Source: Scenedesmus sp. PABB004
Lineage: Eukaryota
Direction of reading: 5' to 3'
Length of the DNA stretch: 64,000 nt
Assembly: GCA_014905635.1 (NCBI GenBank)
Contig: CM026547.1
Location: 2,356,001-2,420,000 of the forward strand
The notes under the pieces are model-generated. The model was not told the DNA's origin and ran no database searches. It worked only from the letters and a program-made list of their open reading frames with translations. The first letter of the stretch is position 1. The number at the start of each line of letters is the position of its first letter. Shown here in pieces: positions 23,755 through 36,303 of the stretch. The translations under genes were made by a program, and so were the position numbers.

Positions 23755-26700
23755 ATGACGCCCGGAGAGGGGGGGCGCGGCCTCGCGCTGGCCGAGCTCC
23801 TCGAGAGCGCCGGCCAGCGGGCCGAGGAAATCCGGTCGGAGATTCACCAGCTCAAGGAGAAGACGGTGAGTGCCTCTGCGGGCCCGGGGGCGCCCGGCAG
23901 CGGCTCCGCCGGGCCGGCGAGGCGCGTGCCCGCTGTTCGCGCGCCGGCGCCGCCGCCTCACCGCGCCCGGCGGGCGCTCGGCAGGGCGGCAGCAACGCAG
24001 TGACCGTGCCCCAGCTCCTCAAGGGTGACGCCATGCCGGACGTGACCGAGCCGGAGGTGCGCGCGTTGGACGGGCAGCAGCAGCAGGGCGCGGCGCCTCG
24101 AGGCGAGCACGCCCCGCGCCGGCGGCCGCCCAGGCGCCGCCACGCCCGCGCTGCGCAGGGCCGGGCGGACGAGCCCGACGGCGCGCTGCAGTACACTGTG
24201 AGCACGCCGTCTGGCGAGCGCCAGGCGCCGCCCAAGACCGAGGACGGCACCGACACCGAGGACCACCACCAGCCCCTCGACAGCCCCATCGCCGTGTTTG
24301 TGCGCCAGACGCCCGCCGGCGCCGACGCGCCCTGGGCCGCGGGCGCGCTGGCCGAGGGCGCCGACGGCGGCGCCGGCGCCGGCGCCGGCGCCGGCGCCGG
24401 CGCCGCGCCGAGCGGCGGCGGCGAGGGCTGTCCTGCAAGCTGGGCGGGGCTGTACCGCGACATGTTGACCAAGCTGCAGCAGTGAGCGCCGCGCGCGGCC
24501 TGCCTGGCCGCAGCTGGCTGGGAGGCGGGCGGGCGCCCGGGGCGGGCGGGGCGCAGCTGCAGCTGGGCGCGGCGCGGCCCGCTGACGCGCGCCGCCGCGC
24601 GCCGCAGGTCTGCGCACCCGCCCGGCGTTGACTGCGGGCGCGTCGTCGCGGCGCTGGTGGAGGCGGGCATGGTCTGCGCGGCCGACGCGGGCAGCCCGGG
24701 CCACCAGCTGGCCACGCCGTTTGCGCTAGGCGGCTCCCAGGCCGCGGCGGTGGCGGCGGGCGCGATCGCGACGGAGCCCTCGGCGGCGGGGCACATCCTG
24801 CCCTCGCCGCTGCACGTCGTGGGGGGGCTCTATGCGCCGGGCGGGGCAGCGCCGGCGCGTCGCGAGCAGCCGGCTGGCGCCGGCGCGGCCGGCGGCGGCG
24901 ACGCCGGCGACGACGCGGCCGCCGGCGACGACGCGGCGGGCGTGGCGGCCGAGCGCAGCTGCAGCAGCGCGAGCGGCGCGTGCGGTCTGTACGACGCGCG
25001 CGCGGGCGGGCTGCCGCTGGTGGTGCCCGCGTCGGCCGCAGACCTGCCGGTCCAGGCGGTGCTGGCCGAGCTGGACGAGCTGCTCAGCTGGAGCAGCCGC
25101 GCGCCCTCGCACGCCGCGGCCGGCCCGCGCATGCCCGGCGGCGCACGCCGCGCGGACGACGCGCCCGCGAGCCGGGGGCCGGCGCTGCCGGACGACCGCG
25201 CCGGCGAGGCGGCCGGCGAGGCGGCCGGCGAGGCGGCCGGCGAGGAGGGCGACGAGGACTGGGTCGCGCGCTGGCTGCGCGGCGTGCGGGTCAACCTCTC
25301 GCGCAGCAACAGCACCAGCTGCCTGCTGTCCGACGAGCACGACGGCCGCTGCCGGCGCGCGGGCGTCGACGACGGCGGCAGCGAGGCCGCGAGCCGGCGG
25401 CGGCGCTCCAGCAGCGTGCCGCCGGCGCACCAGCCCGCGCGGCGCGGCAGCAAGTCAGCGGGCGGCAGCCTCGGGGGGCTCTCCTGCGAGGAGGGCAACG
25501 ACAAGACCCTCAAGATGCGGCAGCACCGCGCCGACTCGTCGGCCGACCTGCGCGACGAGATCCTGGCACACCTGCGCCTGGTGCGCCCCGCGCCGCGCGC
25601 ACGCGCGCCGGGCCGCCATGCCTGTGGCGCCCGACTGACACCCCGCCCCCCCCCCCCCCGTGCCCCTCGCGCCGCGCGCCGCAGGCCGCCGCGTTCCGGC
25701 GTTCCGGCAAGGGCCGCGGCGCCGGCAGCGAGTCGCCGTCCGCCGGGGGCGACTGGTCCATCGGCAGCCTGACCGCGGGCGGCAGCAGCAGCGTGGGCGG
25801 CGAGGCCGACAGCCGGCGGCAGAGCGCCGTCGCGCTCAAGGCCGGCAGCTGCCTGGGCAAGGCGGCCGCGGTCGCGGCGGCCGAGGACGAGGGCGGGCCG
25901 GAGGTGAGCAGCTTCAGCATCATGGCCGCAACGGCGGAGGAGGCCGCGGCGGCAACGGCGCAGGTCAAGGCGGCCGCCGCGCTCGGCGCGCTGGGTGCGC
26001 CCGGGCAGCTGGGCTGCGAGGCGCCACTGCCCAAGTCGCCCAGCAAGGCGGCGCAGCTCTACCAGCAGCTGCTCGCGGCGCCGCGCAGCAGCGGCGACGG
26101 CCGCGGCCCGCGCGGCGCCGGCTCGCCCCGCCACGCGGCCAAGGCCAGCACCGGCGGCGGCATGCGGTCGGCCGGCACCAGCGGCTGCGGCGCCGCCGCC
26201 AGCCCGGCGCGCGCCGGCGCCGCGGCGCCCGGGGGCGCAGATGCGAGGCACGGCGCGCATCGTGAGCCTCGCTCCGCCTCGCCGGTCAAGCAGCGCCTGG
26301 CGGTGGCCATCCCCTGCGCCCCCGCCGACGACGCGGCGCCCATCTGCAGCGCGTGCGGCAGCCCCGTGGCCGCCGCCGAGCGCCCGGGCGCGGCTGCGCT
26401 GGCGCGCACCCGACGCGGCTGTCACTGGCAGACCTGACCGACGGCACGGCCACGGTCGCGGCCGCCGCGGCAGAGCAGGCGGCAGACGGCGCCGGCGGCG
26501 AGGACACCGGCTGCGAGGGGCGCAGCGAGGCCGCCGCCGGCAGTGGCGTCGGCGGCGCCGAGGCCTGCGTCGCGGCGGACGCGGCGGAGCACGCCGGCGT
26601 GCGCGAGGCGCCCGCGCTCGCGCCCCTGGCCGTGCCGCCGCGCGACGGCCAGGGCGCGGGCAGCGCCTGCAGCACGCCCGCTGCCCACGGCGGCCCGGGC

Positions 26701-29700
26701 GGCTCGCCGCGCAGGGCGGGGCGGTCGTGCGGCGCGCCGCCGGGGAGCGCGAGCCCCCGCCACCTGGCCAGCTACGCGAGCGCCACCAGCGTTTGGCAGC
26801 AGCGCATCAGCTCCGCCGCGGCCGCGCGCGCGAGCCACTCCGGCTCGGCCGCGGGCGGCGTCCGCGGCAGCCCCGCCGGCGCGCGCGCGCGGCGCTCTGG
26901 CGGCGGCGCCGCCGCGCCCGAGCCTGCGCCCGCGGAGGCGCCCGCGCTGCTGAGCACCGTGAGCTGCGGGCAGCTGCTGCAGGCGGCCGCGCTGGAGCAG
27001 GCGCTGGGGCGCGTGTCGGGCGCGGGCGCGAGCGAGGCCGGCGCCGCCCCGGGGTGCGGCGCGCGGGGGGTGGACACTCAGATGGTGGAGCTGGAGGCGT
27101 CGATCAGGGACGACACGCTGCACCTGCTGCACCACCGCGCGCCCAGCAACGAGGGCGCGGCGCGGGGCCGCCGCGCGAGCAGCGCGCGCGGCGGCGCGCC
27201 CAGCGCCGGCGGCGGTCCGGCGCTCGCCGACGCGCGGCCAGAGGGCGGCGAGGCGCGCGGGCACCGGCGCAGCAGCAGCGCGGGGTGCCGCGCCACGGCG
27301 GCGCCGGGCGTGTTTGTCTACCGCCTGCAGCCCACCAACGAGCCCGGCGGCGGCGCGGGCGGCGGCGCCAGCACCGGCGCGGCGGCGGCCGCGGCGGCGG
27401 CGGCGATGCTGGCGCTCTCGTCCGCCGCGGCGCGGCGGACGAGCAAGTCGGCGTCGCCCAGCCGCACGCCCAGCGGGCGCGGCCCGGCCAGCCCCGGCCG
27501 GCGCGCCGGCGGCGCCGACCCCGCGCAGGACAGCGCCGCTGGCAGCACGCGCGGTGGCGGTGGCGGCACGCCGCGCAGCCCCGCCGCCCGCGCGGTCAGC
27601 AGCAGGTGGACCTGCGGCGCGGCGCAGCAGGGCGGCAGCGCCAGCCCGTCGCGCTGCGGCGGCCAGTGCGCCCCGCGCGCGCCCGCCAGCCCGCGCCGCG
27701 GCGCCCCGCACCAGCCCGCACGGGCGCCGTGCTGCGCGCGCGCTGCGGCCGCGGCGGCCGCGCCGGGCGTGCCCACGCGCGGCCCCATCCCCGCGCAGGC
27801 GCGCGCGGCGGCGGCAGCCGCCGCCGCGGAGCGCATGGTCGCCGTGCGCGCGGCGGCCGCGGCGGCAGGCCGCGCTGCGGTTGCGGGGCGCGGCGCGCGC
27901 GTGACGGTGCCCATCCGCGGCGCGCCCGGCGCGCGCGGCCGGCCGGCGCCGGCGGCGCGCGTGGCTCACGCAGGCGTGCAGGCCGACCAGGCGTACCTGC
28001 AGGCCACCGACCCCGCGCACCTGCTGGCGGAGCTGCGCGCGCGCGCGCGGCCCGCCGCGCGCAAGTCGACGCCGGGCCGGCTGCAGCACGGCGCCGGCGC
28101 GCTCGCGCCCCCGCCGGCTGCGCTGCAGGCGCTCGCGCTCGCGCACGCGGCGGCCGGCGGCTGCCCCACGACGGCGCAGGTCGAGGAGGCGATCCGGGCG
28201 GCGCAGGCGGCGCTGCTGCAGCGGCGCTGGCAGATCTCGCAGCTGCGCAAGTCCGTGGCCGCGCACAGCGGCGGCAGCTCCGCCGCGGGCAGCGCCGCGC
28301 CCTCGGCCGGCGGCGCGCCGGCGCCGAGCGCCGGCGCGCGCGGCAGCCAGCCCGGCGCGGGCGGCCCGCCCGCCGCGCGGCCGCGGCCCGCAGCGGCGGC
28401 GGCTGGTGCGGCGGCGCCGCAGTTGAGTGCGATCATGGCGGAGCTCAAGCAGCAGCTCGCCGCCAGGCAGGAGCGCCTGGCGGCCGCCGCGGCCGCGGCT
28501 GCGGCCGCGGAGGCCGTCCCTGCAGAGGCGGCCGCCGCGGAGGCCGCGGCCGGCGAGGCGGCGCCCGAGCCGGCGGCGGGCGAGCCGGCGCTCGGCGGCC
28601 CTGCCGCCGGCGGCGAGGCGGGCGGCCGCGCCAGTCCCTCGCACCGGGCCGACCAGCACGGCCGCCCCGCGTCGGCGCTCGAGGCGGCGCTGTCGTCGGG
28701 GCCGTACAGCCTCGGCCTGGCGAGCCCCGCGCGCGCGCAGGCGGCGCCGCGCACGCCCAGCTCGGTCGACGCCGACGGCGGCAGCGGCGGCGGCCCGTGC
28801 GCCGGGTCGCCCGGCCCGGCGGGCACGGCGGGCGCGCGCACCAGCCCGCTGCGCCGCCGGAGCAGCCTGGCCGCGGAGGGCGCGGCGGAGCTGAGCCCCG
28901 CCGCGGCGCCGCCGCCGCCCGCGTGGGACGCGCCGCGGCGCGTGAGCTCGGGCGGCCTGACCGGCGAGCAGCTGCGCGACTTTTATCGCCGCAGCGGCGC
29001 GGCCGAGGCGGCCGAGGCGGCCGAGGCGGCCGATGGGTCGGGCCCGCTGGCGCTGGACGCCATGCTCCGCGCGCACCACGCGCTCACACGGCACAAGCGC
29101 GACGAGGACAAGGCGGCCGCGCTGGCGGCGCTCATGTCGGGCGTTGCGGCTGACGCGGCGCGGGGCGCCCCCGGCGCCGGCGGCCAGCTCGACGGCGCTG
29201 ACTCGCTGCCCGAGGCCCCGGCCGGCGCGGGGCCCTGCGGGCGCTCGCCGCAGGAGCAGGAGGGGGAGGGGGAGCAGGAGCTGGCGCAGAAGCAGGAGCA
29301 GGAGCTGGGGGAGCCGGCCCCGCCCGCGCTGGACGTTCTAGGCCGCAGCCTGGCGGCGGCGCACGACAGCGCGGAGGAGGACGCCGCCGGCGTCGTGATC
29401 ATTCGCACCGGCGAGGCGCCGCCCGGCGGCTGGGTGCCCGCGCGGCCGCTGCTGCGCGAGACGGCGACCGGCCGCGCGGTGCTGGCCGGCATCGGCGGCC
29501 GGCGGCTGACGGTGGACCAGGCTGTGCACTGGCTCAAGGTGGGGCTCACGCGCGTCCCCAGCGACGACGAGGCCGCGGCCAGCGCCGCCGCGGCGCCGCC
29601 GGCGCCGCGCGGCGGCCCGCCCCGCGCGCCTGGCGGCAGCCCGCGCCCCGGCTCGCCAGCGCGGCCGGGCAGCCCGGGGCGCCCCAAGTCGCGCAGCGCC

Positions 29701-30189
29701 AGCCGGCCGTGCTCGCCGTTTTCGCGCTGCTTCGCGGCGTCGCCGCTGTCGGACGAGGAGGACGAGGCCGGCGCCGGCGACGGCGCCGGCGCGCCGGCGG
29801 CTGGCGCGGCGCCCGCGGCGCCGGCGGCGCCTACAAAGGAGCCGGCGCCGCAGGACGGCGTGCAGTTTGAGATGGGTGCCGACAGCCAGCTGGTCATGGT
29901 GGTGCCGCGCCACCTCGCCGCGCCCGGCGAGCGCGGCGCGACGCAGCGCTACACCGTGACGGGCGTGGGCCTGCCGGCGGGCGGCGGGCGCTGCCTGGAC
30001 CTGGTCACGTGCGTGGGGCGGCACCGCATCGAGCTCGCGAGCGACCGCGACTGGGCGGGCCTGCTGGCGGGGCTGAACGCGATGCTGCTGCTGCGCGAGG
30101 CGCGCGGGCGTGGCGGCGGCGCCAAGCTGGGCGCCGCGGTCATCGCCGACTGCGCCTGGAGCGGCGCGGTGGAGGGCGTGCGGGCGTGA
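23755..30189 (+). CDS. Very large low-complexity protein with coiled coils and a possible C-terminal PH-like domain; about 5 exons, 1 apparent frameshift
   Basis: Four GT-AG introns link 23755 to ~26360, followed by a 3.8-kb terminal ORF. C-terminal beta-rich region ends RIELASDRDWAGLLAGLNAML. Confidence 0.6.
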
Positions 30190-30654
30190 GCGGGGGCGGC
30201 GGCGGCGGCACGCGCCTTTGTTTCCCAGAAAGACGGCTCTCTGCTGGCGGGTGAGGGGGCTGACGTGGTCGGGCGTTGACTGGGGGTGACGATTCCGCTG
30301 ACGGGCAGCATTTGCGCAGCGGGCACTGGCGCGCGGCGGGAGAGGGTTGGCTCACCGTCTGCGGCTTTAGACCTCAGCGAATAGTGTGAACGGCGGCAAC
30401 GGGTCGGCGCGCCTGCCGCGTGCCGCGTGGCAGCGGGTCTTGGGGCTTTGGCGACCGACAGCTGCAGCGACGGCGGTAACAGGCGGCGATTGAAGCTCCG
30501 CTCCCAGGCCAGCAAGCGGCACAGGCCGGCAAGCGCCAACGGCCGCGTTCACGGCGCGTCAAACGCGGCGCCAGCGGTCAGCAGCGGTCCAGGCTCGCCC
30601 GTGAGCCCGTGGGCGTCCGCGGGCGCGTGGCAGCTGGTGGTAGTAAAAGTCACC

Positions 30655-33198
30655 ATGCCCGCCACGGAGACGGGCAGCCGCCCAGGCGTGGCCATGACGG
30701 CGCTGGCGCGCCTGCAGGCCAAGGCGCGGGCCGCACGGCCGCTGCGGGCCGGCCTGGCCTGCCCTCGCTGCGCCCTCACCTCTGCCCGGCCGCACAGGCG
30801 GTGTTTCTGGCCGAAGAACTGCGCCATGCGCGCGAGGAGGCCGCCGCTGCGCCGCCAGCAGCAGGCGCACCGCGCCGCCGGGCGGGCGACCCGCCTGCGC
30901 GCGCCGGGCGGCCTGTGAGCCCTGCCCCGCTGCCCGTCGCACCCACAGACTGCTGCTCAGCGGAGGAGCACGCCCGCGCAGCAGCGGCGCGGCCGGCGAG
31001 CGCGACGGACGTCTTTGCGCGGCTGTCCGCCGGCGCGCAGCCGGCGCCGGGCGCCGCGTCGGCCGAGGCGCACCAGGCGGCGCTGCTGCAGTGCCAGAAG
31101 CTGGAGGCCGAGGTCCGGCTCTGGCAGTCCAAGCACGCCGAGGCGGAGCGCGAGCTGGACCGGCGCGAGGCGTCGTACATGCGGCGCGAGGAGCAGCTCG
31201 CCGCCAAGCTGGCGGCGGCGCTCGCGCCGCCGCCCGACCCCGGCGGCGCCTGCGGCGGCGGCGCGCCCGCCGACGGCGGCGCGCCTGCGGGCGGCGGCGC
31301 GGGGGGCGAGCCGGACGCCGAGCCGGGCGGCGCGTGCGCGGCTGTGCAGCCGCAGGCGGGCAGCCTGGAGGCGATGCAGGCGCAGGTGCTGACGGGGCTG
31401 GACGACCTGCTGCAGCGCCAGCGCCTGCAGATGCGCACCGAGGAGGCGCAGCAGCTGCGCGTTTTCCGCGGCCGCCTCGCGGACATCGAGGCGCAGCTCG
31501 CGTCCTACAGGGCGGCCGCCGCGGCGCACCAGGGCGACTGGGCGCACAAGACGGCGCGCGCGCGCGCGCCCTGCGCGGCGGCGCGGCGCGCGCTGGCACG
31601 CGCTCGCAGCCGCCTGGGCTGGCCGCGCCGGCACACGCGCCGCCGCCGCCGCCGCCGCCGCCGTGCCCGCTCTCTCGCGGCGCGCGCAGGTGGCGCTGCG
31701 CGAGGAGCTGGCGCGCACGCAGGAGGTTGCGGGCAAGCTGGACGCCCTGGTGCGGCTGGCCGAGGACGAGGCCGCGACGCTACGCGTGGCGTTTCGCGCG
31801 CAGGAGGACGACCGCACGCACCTCATCCGCCAGCTGCTGGCGGCCAAGCGCGAGGCCGCGCGGCTGCGCGAGGAGGGCGGCCGCGCGCAGGAGGAGCTGG
31901 ACGCGATCATGGCGCTCGCGGCGGCGGCCACCGCGCCCGGCGAGCCGCCGGGCCTGGCCGCCGCGATCGCGGAGGTCGCGAGCCGCCGCGGCAGCGCCTG
32001 CGAGGCGCCGCGCCCCGGCACCGCCAGCAGGCCGGGCAGCGGCGGCGCGCGCGCGCAGCCGGCGACGGCGGGGCCCGCCCGGCCGCGTCAGCAGGCGCCG
32101 CCGGGGCCGCAGCCGCTGCCGCGGCCCGGCCGGCCCTGGTCGGCGGCGCCCGGGCTGCGCCCCGGCGGCGCGCTGCAGCTGGCTGGCGGGGGCGCCGGCG
32201 CCGCCGGCGGGCCGGGGGAGTCGGCGACAGCAGACGCCGGGCTGGCCCGGCACGCAGCGGTCGTGGCCCGGCTGCAGAAGCTGCTGGAGAGCCAGCGCCG
32301 GCAGCTGCGCCACGCGCGGGCCGCCCTCACCGACGAGGTCGGCCGGCGCAGCGAGCTGCAGTCGCTCCTGCTCGGCAGCATACAGCAGGCCAAGCGCCGG
32401 CGCCCCGAGGCCGAGGCAGCGCTCGGCGGGGGCGGCGCTGCCGGCAGCAGCGGGTGCAGCTGCCTCGACGCGCGGCCGTGGTCCCGCGCCCGCAGCCGGC
32501 CGGGCAGCGCGGCGGTCGCCGCAGCGTCTGCGCAGGCGGCGGTGCCGCCGGGCGGCGACGACGCGCTGAGCCCAGCGGCGTGGGACGCGCTGCTGGGCGA
32601 GGTGCTGCAGCGGCAGGACGTGCTGGAGCTGATGCTGCGCGGCGCGTTCCCCGACCTCGCGGCTGGCGGCGGCGCAGCACAAGCGGCAGAGCGCGGGCGG
32701 GCGCCGGCGGCGGGCGGGCAGCCGCGGGGCGACCGCCCCGCCAGCCCCGACGGCGGCGGTGGCTGCGACGACGGCAGCACGAGCGGCTGCAGCAGCAGCG
32801 ACGACGAGCAGAGCCCGGAGCAGCACGCGCGAGCGACGGCGAGCAACTGGCAGCTGGGGCCGGGGCCGCGCGACAGCGCCCGGCCCGCCACCGGCGTGTC
32901 TGCAGGCGCTCGGCAGGCGGCGCGGCGACGGCGCGAGGGGGGCGGCGCGGCGCCGTGCGGCGGCGGCGCGGCTGCGGGCGCGCTGATGCCCAGCTGGCCC
33001 GCGCGCCCGCCGCTGTGCAGCGGCGGTGCCGGCAGGCGGCCGGGGACGGCGGCGGCGCGCGCGCGCCCTCGGCCCGCGCTGGGGGCGCGCCCTGCGACCG
33101 CCGCGCCGGGCGGTGGTGGCCTGCAGGGGCTGGGCCCGACCGGTGGCAAGGCGTGGGGCGCGGCGGCGATCCAGAAGGCGTTCCTGTCGGGCGGGTGA
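30655..33198 (+). CDS. Coiled-coil hypothetical protein; 3 exons, both introns GC-AG (30724-30797, 31554-31689)
   Basis: Heptad-rich segments ELDRREASYMRREEQL and FRAQEDDRTHLIRQLLAAKREAARLREE. The frame joins across exons when the GC donors are used. Confidence 0.7.
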
Positions 33199-33653
33199 CG
33201 CGCTCGAGCAGGGGTTTGACTACTGTCGGTGGCCCCTGAACGCCACGACGACGCGCCCCCGCCGCGGCCAGCCGGCCGGCCGGCCGCGCGTCAAAGCAGT
33301 GCTCGCCTCGCCCCGCAGCAAAAAGAAGACCTGCCTGGTGGTACACACACGCATACAGCCCCTGCCCCTGCCCCACCCGCGCACGTGCCCCGCACGGAAA
33401 TGATCACCACCATCACTGGGCGGCGGCCGCTTCTGCAGCTCGGGGCGTGCGGCACGCACACGCACGCAGAAGCCGGCGCCGCCCGGCGGCGCGGCAGGTA
33501 CACACGGACGCGCTTGCGGCGCCGGAAAAAAAAGCGCTGCACGGCTGACAGAGAACACACGCGGCGGCCGCTCGAGCGCGCGCGCCGAACAACGAAATGA
33601 TGCCCCCAAGGCGGGCGGCGGCGGCGCCGCCCGTTTGCGCCTCCGCGCCGCGC

Positions 33654-35564
33654 TCACGCCGCGACCGGCGCGTCCCGCAGCGCGGTGAGCGCGGCGGCCA
33701 GCTTGCTCGCGCTCGCGTAGCCCGCGGCGCGGCCGACCTGCAGCGTGGGCACGTCCGTGCAGATCGGCGCGAACGCCGCCTCCGGGCCGGGATAGATGGG
33801 CAGGACGTGCCCCAGCAGGCGCTCCGCCGCCGCGACCGCCGCGCCGCTCGGCGCGCCGCCGTCGGCGCTGTCCGCGGGGCTGCTGGGGCTGCGCCCGGGG
33901 CTCGCGCCGCGGCTGATGAGTCCGCTGCTCGCCACGTCCATGGCGGCGTCGAGCTCGAGCGCGCGGCCGAGCATGAGCTGCTCCACCAGCAGCTCGTCGA
34001 GCGGCCGCCCCTGGTGCGTGCTGTGCAGCGGCTCCACGCGCCACGCGTCGCGCATGTAGGGCTGCGCCGGCGCGCGGCGGCGGTGGCGGGGGAGGGGCGC
34101 GCGTCAGTCGGCGCGCGGGCCGCCCGCGCGCGGCGCGGCGCGCGCGCAGGCCGGCGGCGGGGCCGCGCCGCCTGCCCGCGCCCCCCGCCCCCCTGCCCGC
34201 CCTCCCGCGTCCTCCCACGCCCCCCTGCCCCTGCCACGCCCCCTGCGGGGCGCACCGGGTTGAGCAGCCAGTACTTGATGGCCCCCGCCAGCGCGCTGCT
34301 GAGGTCCTTGCCCCACGCGGGCCCCGCGCGGTGGGGGCGGCTGCAGAGCGCGAGCACGTGGGTGCAGCCGTCGCGCAGCGCGGCCTTGACCGGCACGGGC
34401 TCAAACACCGCCGCGTCGACGAGGTCGTGCCCACGGTGCCGCCGCGGCGGGCCCACGATCTCGGGCACGTTGGCGCTCGCCTTGAGGCACTCGACCAGGT
34501 CCGCGCGGTCAACGAAGTTGTCGAGCACCTCGCTGCGCAGCGAGGTGAGGCTCGACGCAACGACCTTGAGCGGCAGCGGCGACGCCAGCACCGCATCCCA
34601 GTCGAGCGGGATGGTGGTCGCCATGACCTCGCCCAGCAGGTAGTCGAGGTCTGCCGGGGCGGGGGGGGGGGGGGGGGGGGGGGGGGGAGCGAGCGACTGC
34701 GGGCGCGGGCGGCGGCCAGGGGCGGCGCGGGCGGCCAGGGGCGGCGCCGTGTGCGCGGCGAAGCGCACCCATGACGGGCGTGGTCTTGGACCAGTAGCGC
34801 TTGAGCGAGAGGAAGCGGCTGCCCGTCGCGAGGTGGTCTGTGTAGATGTCGAGCCCCTGCGGCTGGCCGCTGAGGAAGTAGGTCGCGTTGATCGCCCCCG
34901 CCGACGCGCCGTACACCGCGTCAAACGCGGGCGCCAGCCCCGCCGTCTGCAGGCCCATGAGCATGCCGCCCGTCACGATGCCGCGCATGCCGCCGCCCTC
35001 GACGACGAGCCCGAGCTTGCAGCCGTCCCGGCGCCGCCCCGGCGCGCCGCCGTCGCGGTCGCGCAGGCGCTGCTGGATGAGGCGCAGCACCGGGTGCGGC
35101 GCGCGGCCCGCGGGCGGCAGGCCGTCGCCGCCCTCGTCGCCGCACGCCGGCGGCGCGCCCTCGTGGACCAGCTCGAGCGCGTCCGCGGCCGCCTCGGCGC
35201 GCGCCAGCCGCGACTCCAGCGCGTCCGTCAGGGCGCCCGCCGCGGCCGGGAACTCTTGCAGGCGCGCCAGCAGGCCCGCGAGCGCGCCGCTGCTGGCGGC
35301 GCCGCTGCCGCTGCTGCTGCTCGCCTCGCCCTGCGGCGGCGCGCGGCGTTTCGGCGTGAATGGCCAGGGGCGCTCTGCGGCCCATCGGCAACGCCACACA
35401 GCGCGCCCGCCTGCTGCTTCGCGGCCGCTGCCAACGGCTCGCACCTGGCGCTGCAGCGCTCGCCGCGGCCGGCGATGCCGAGGGCCTTGCCGGCAGGGCG
35501 GCCGTGCCGCGGGACAGGGGCGCCGAGCGCCAGCGACAGCATCGCGCGGCGCGCTCGACAGCAT
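33654..35564 (-). CDS. Patatin-like phospholipase; 4 exons
   Basis: LVVEGGGMRG glycine loop, GASAG nucleophile elbow, ASANVP and LVDAA catalytic Asp. Confidence 0.9.
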
Positions 35565-35864
35565 CGCGCCTGCGTCACGCGCTGCTGCGGCCGCAGCCCG
35601 CCCGCTCCGCGCTTGCCTCCGCGCCCGGCAAACGCGGTGACGCTGTGGAGCAGCCGGCGGCAGCAGTGGCTGTGGGGGCCGCGCTGGCGTTAGCTGTCGC
35701 CCCCGCGTCTGCGTGCTGCTGCCGACGGCTGAGCACGCGGCGGAGGCACCGGGGCGTGAGTTGCTGCTCAGCCGGCACCGCGCGCCGCGCCGCCGCTGCG
35801 CGCCGCCGCGGTGCAGCGGCGGCGCAAGCCCTGCTCGCGACGCACGGCGGTCTCGCCCCGCCGC

Positions 35865-36233
35865 CTACTTCGCCCGCTCCTCCTGCGCCCCCAGCTGCTG
35901 CCGGGCCTGGGCCTTGAGCGCGCCGGTGCCGGCGTAGGCGGCGAGGTCGGCCAGCAGCTGCGCGACCGCGCCGGCGCAGGCGGGGTCGGTCGTGCACGCG
36001 AGCCGGTCGAGCGCGAGCCCGATCGCGCACACCGCCTCGAGCGGCGGCAGCGCGCAGAGGCCCTGCACCGCGCGCTGCGCGGCGTCGCGGCTGGCGGCGG
36101 GCGCCTCGCGCGTGAACGCGGCGATGAGGTCGCCGATCTCCCCCGCCCGCCCGCCCGGCGCGCCGCCGCCGCCGGGCGGCCCCGTGCCGCCGCCGGGCTG
36201 GCGCGCCGGCTGCTCCGGCGGGCGGGCGCCGCG

Positions 36234-36303
<70 letters not shown>

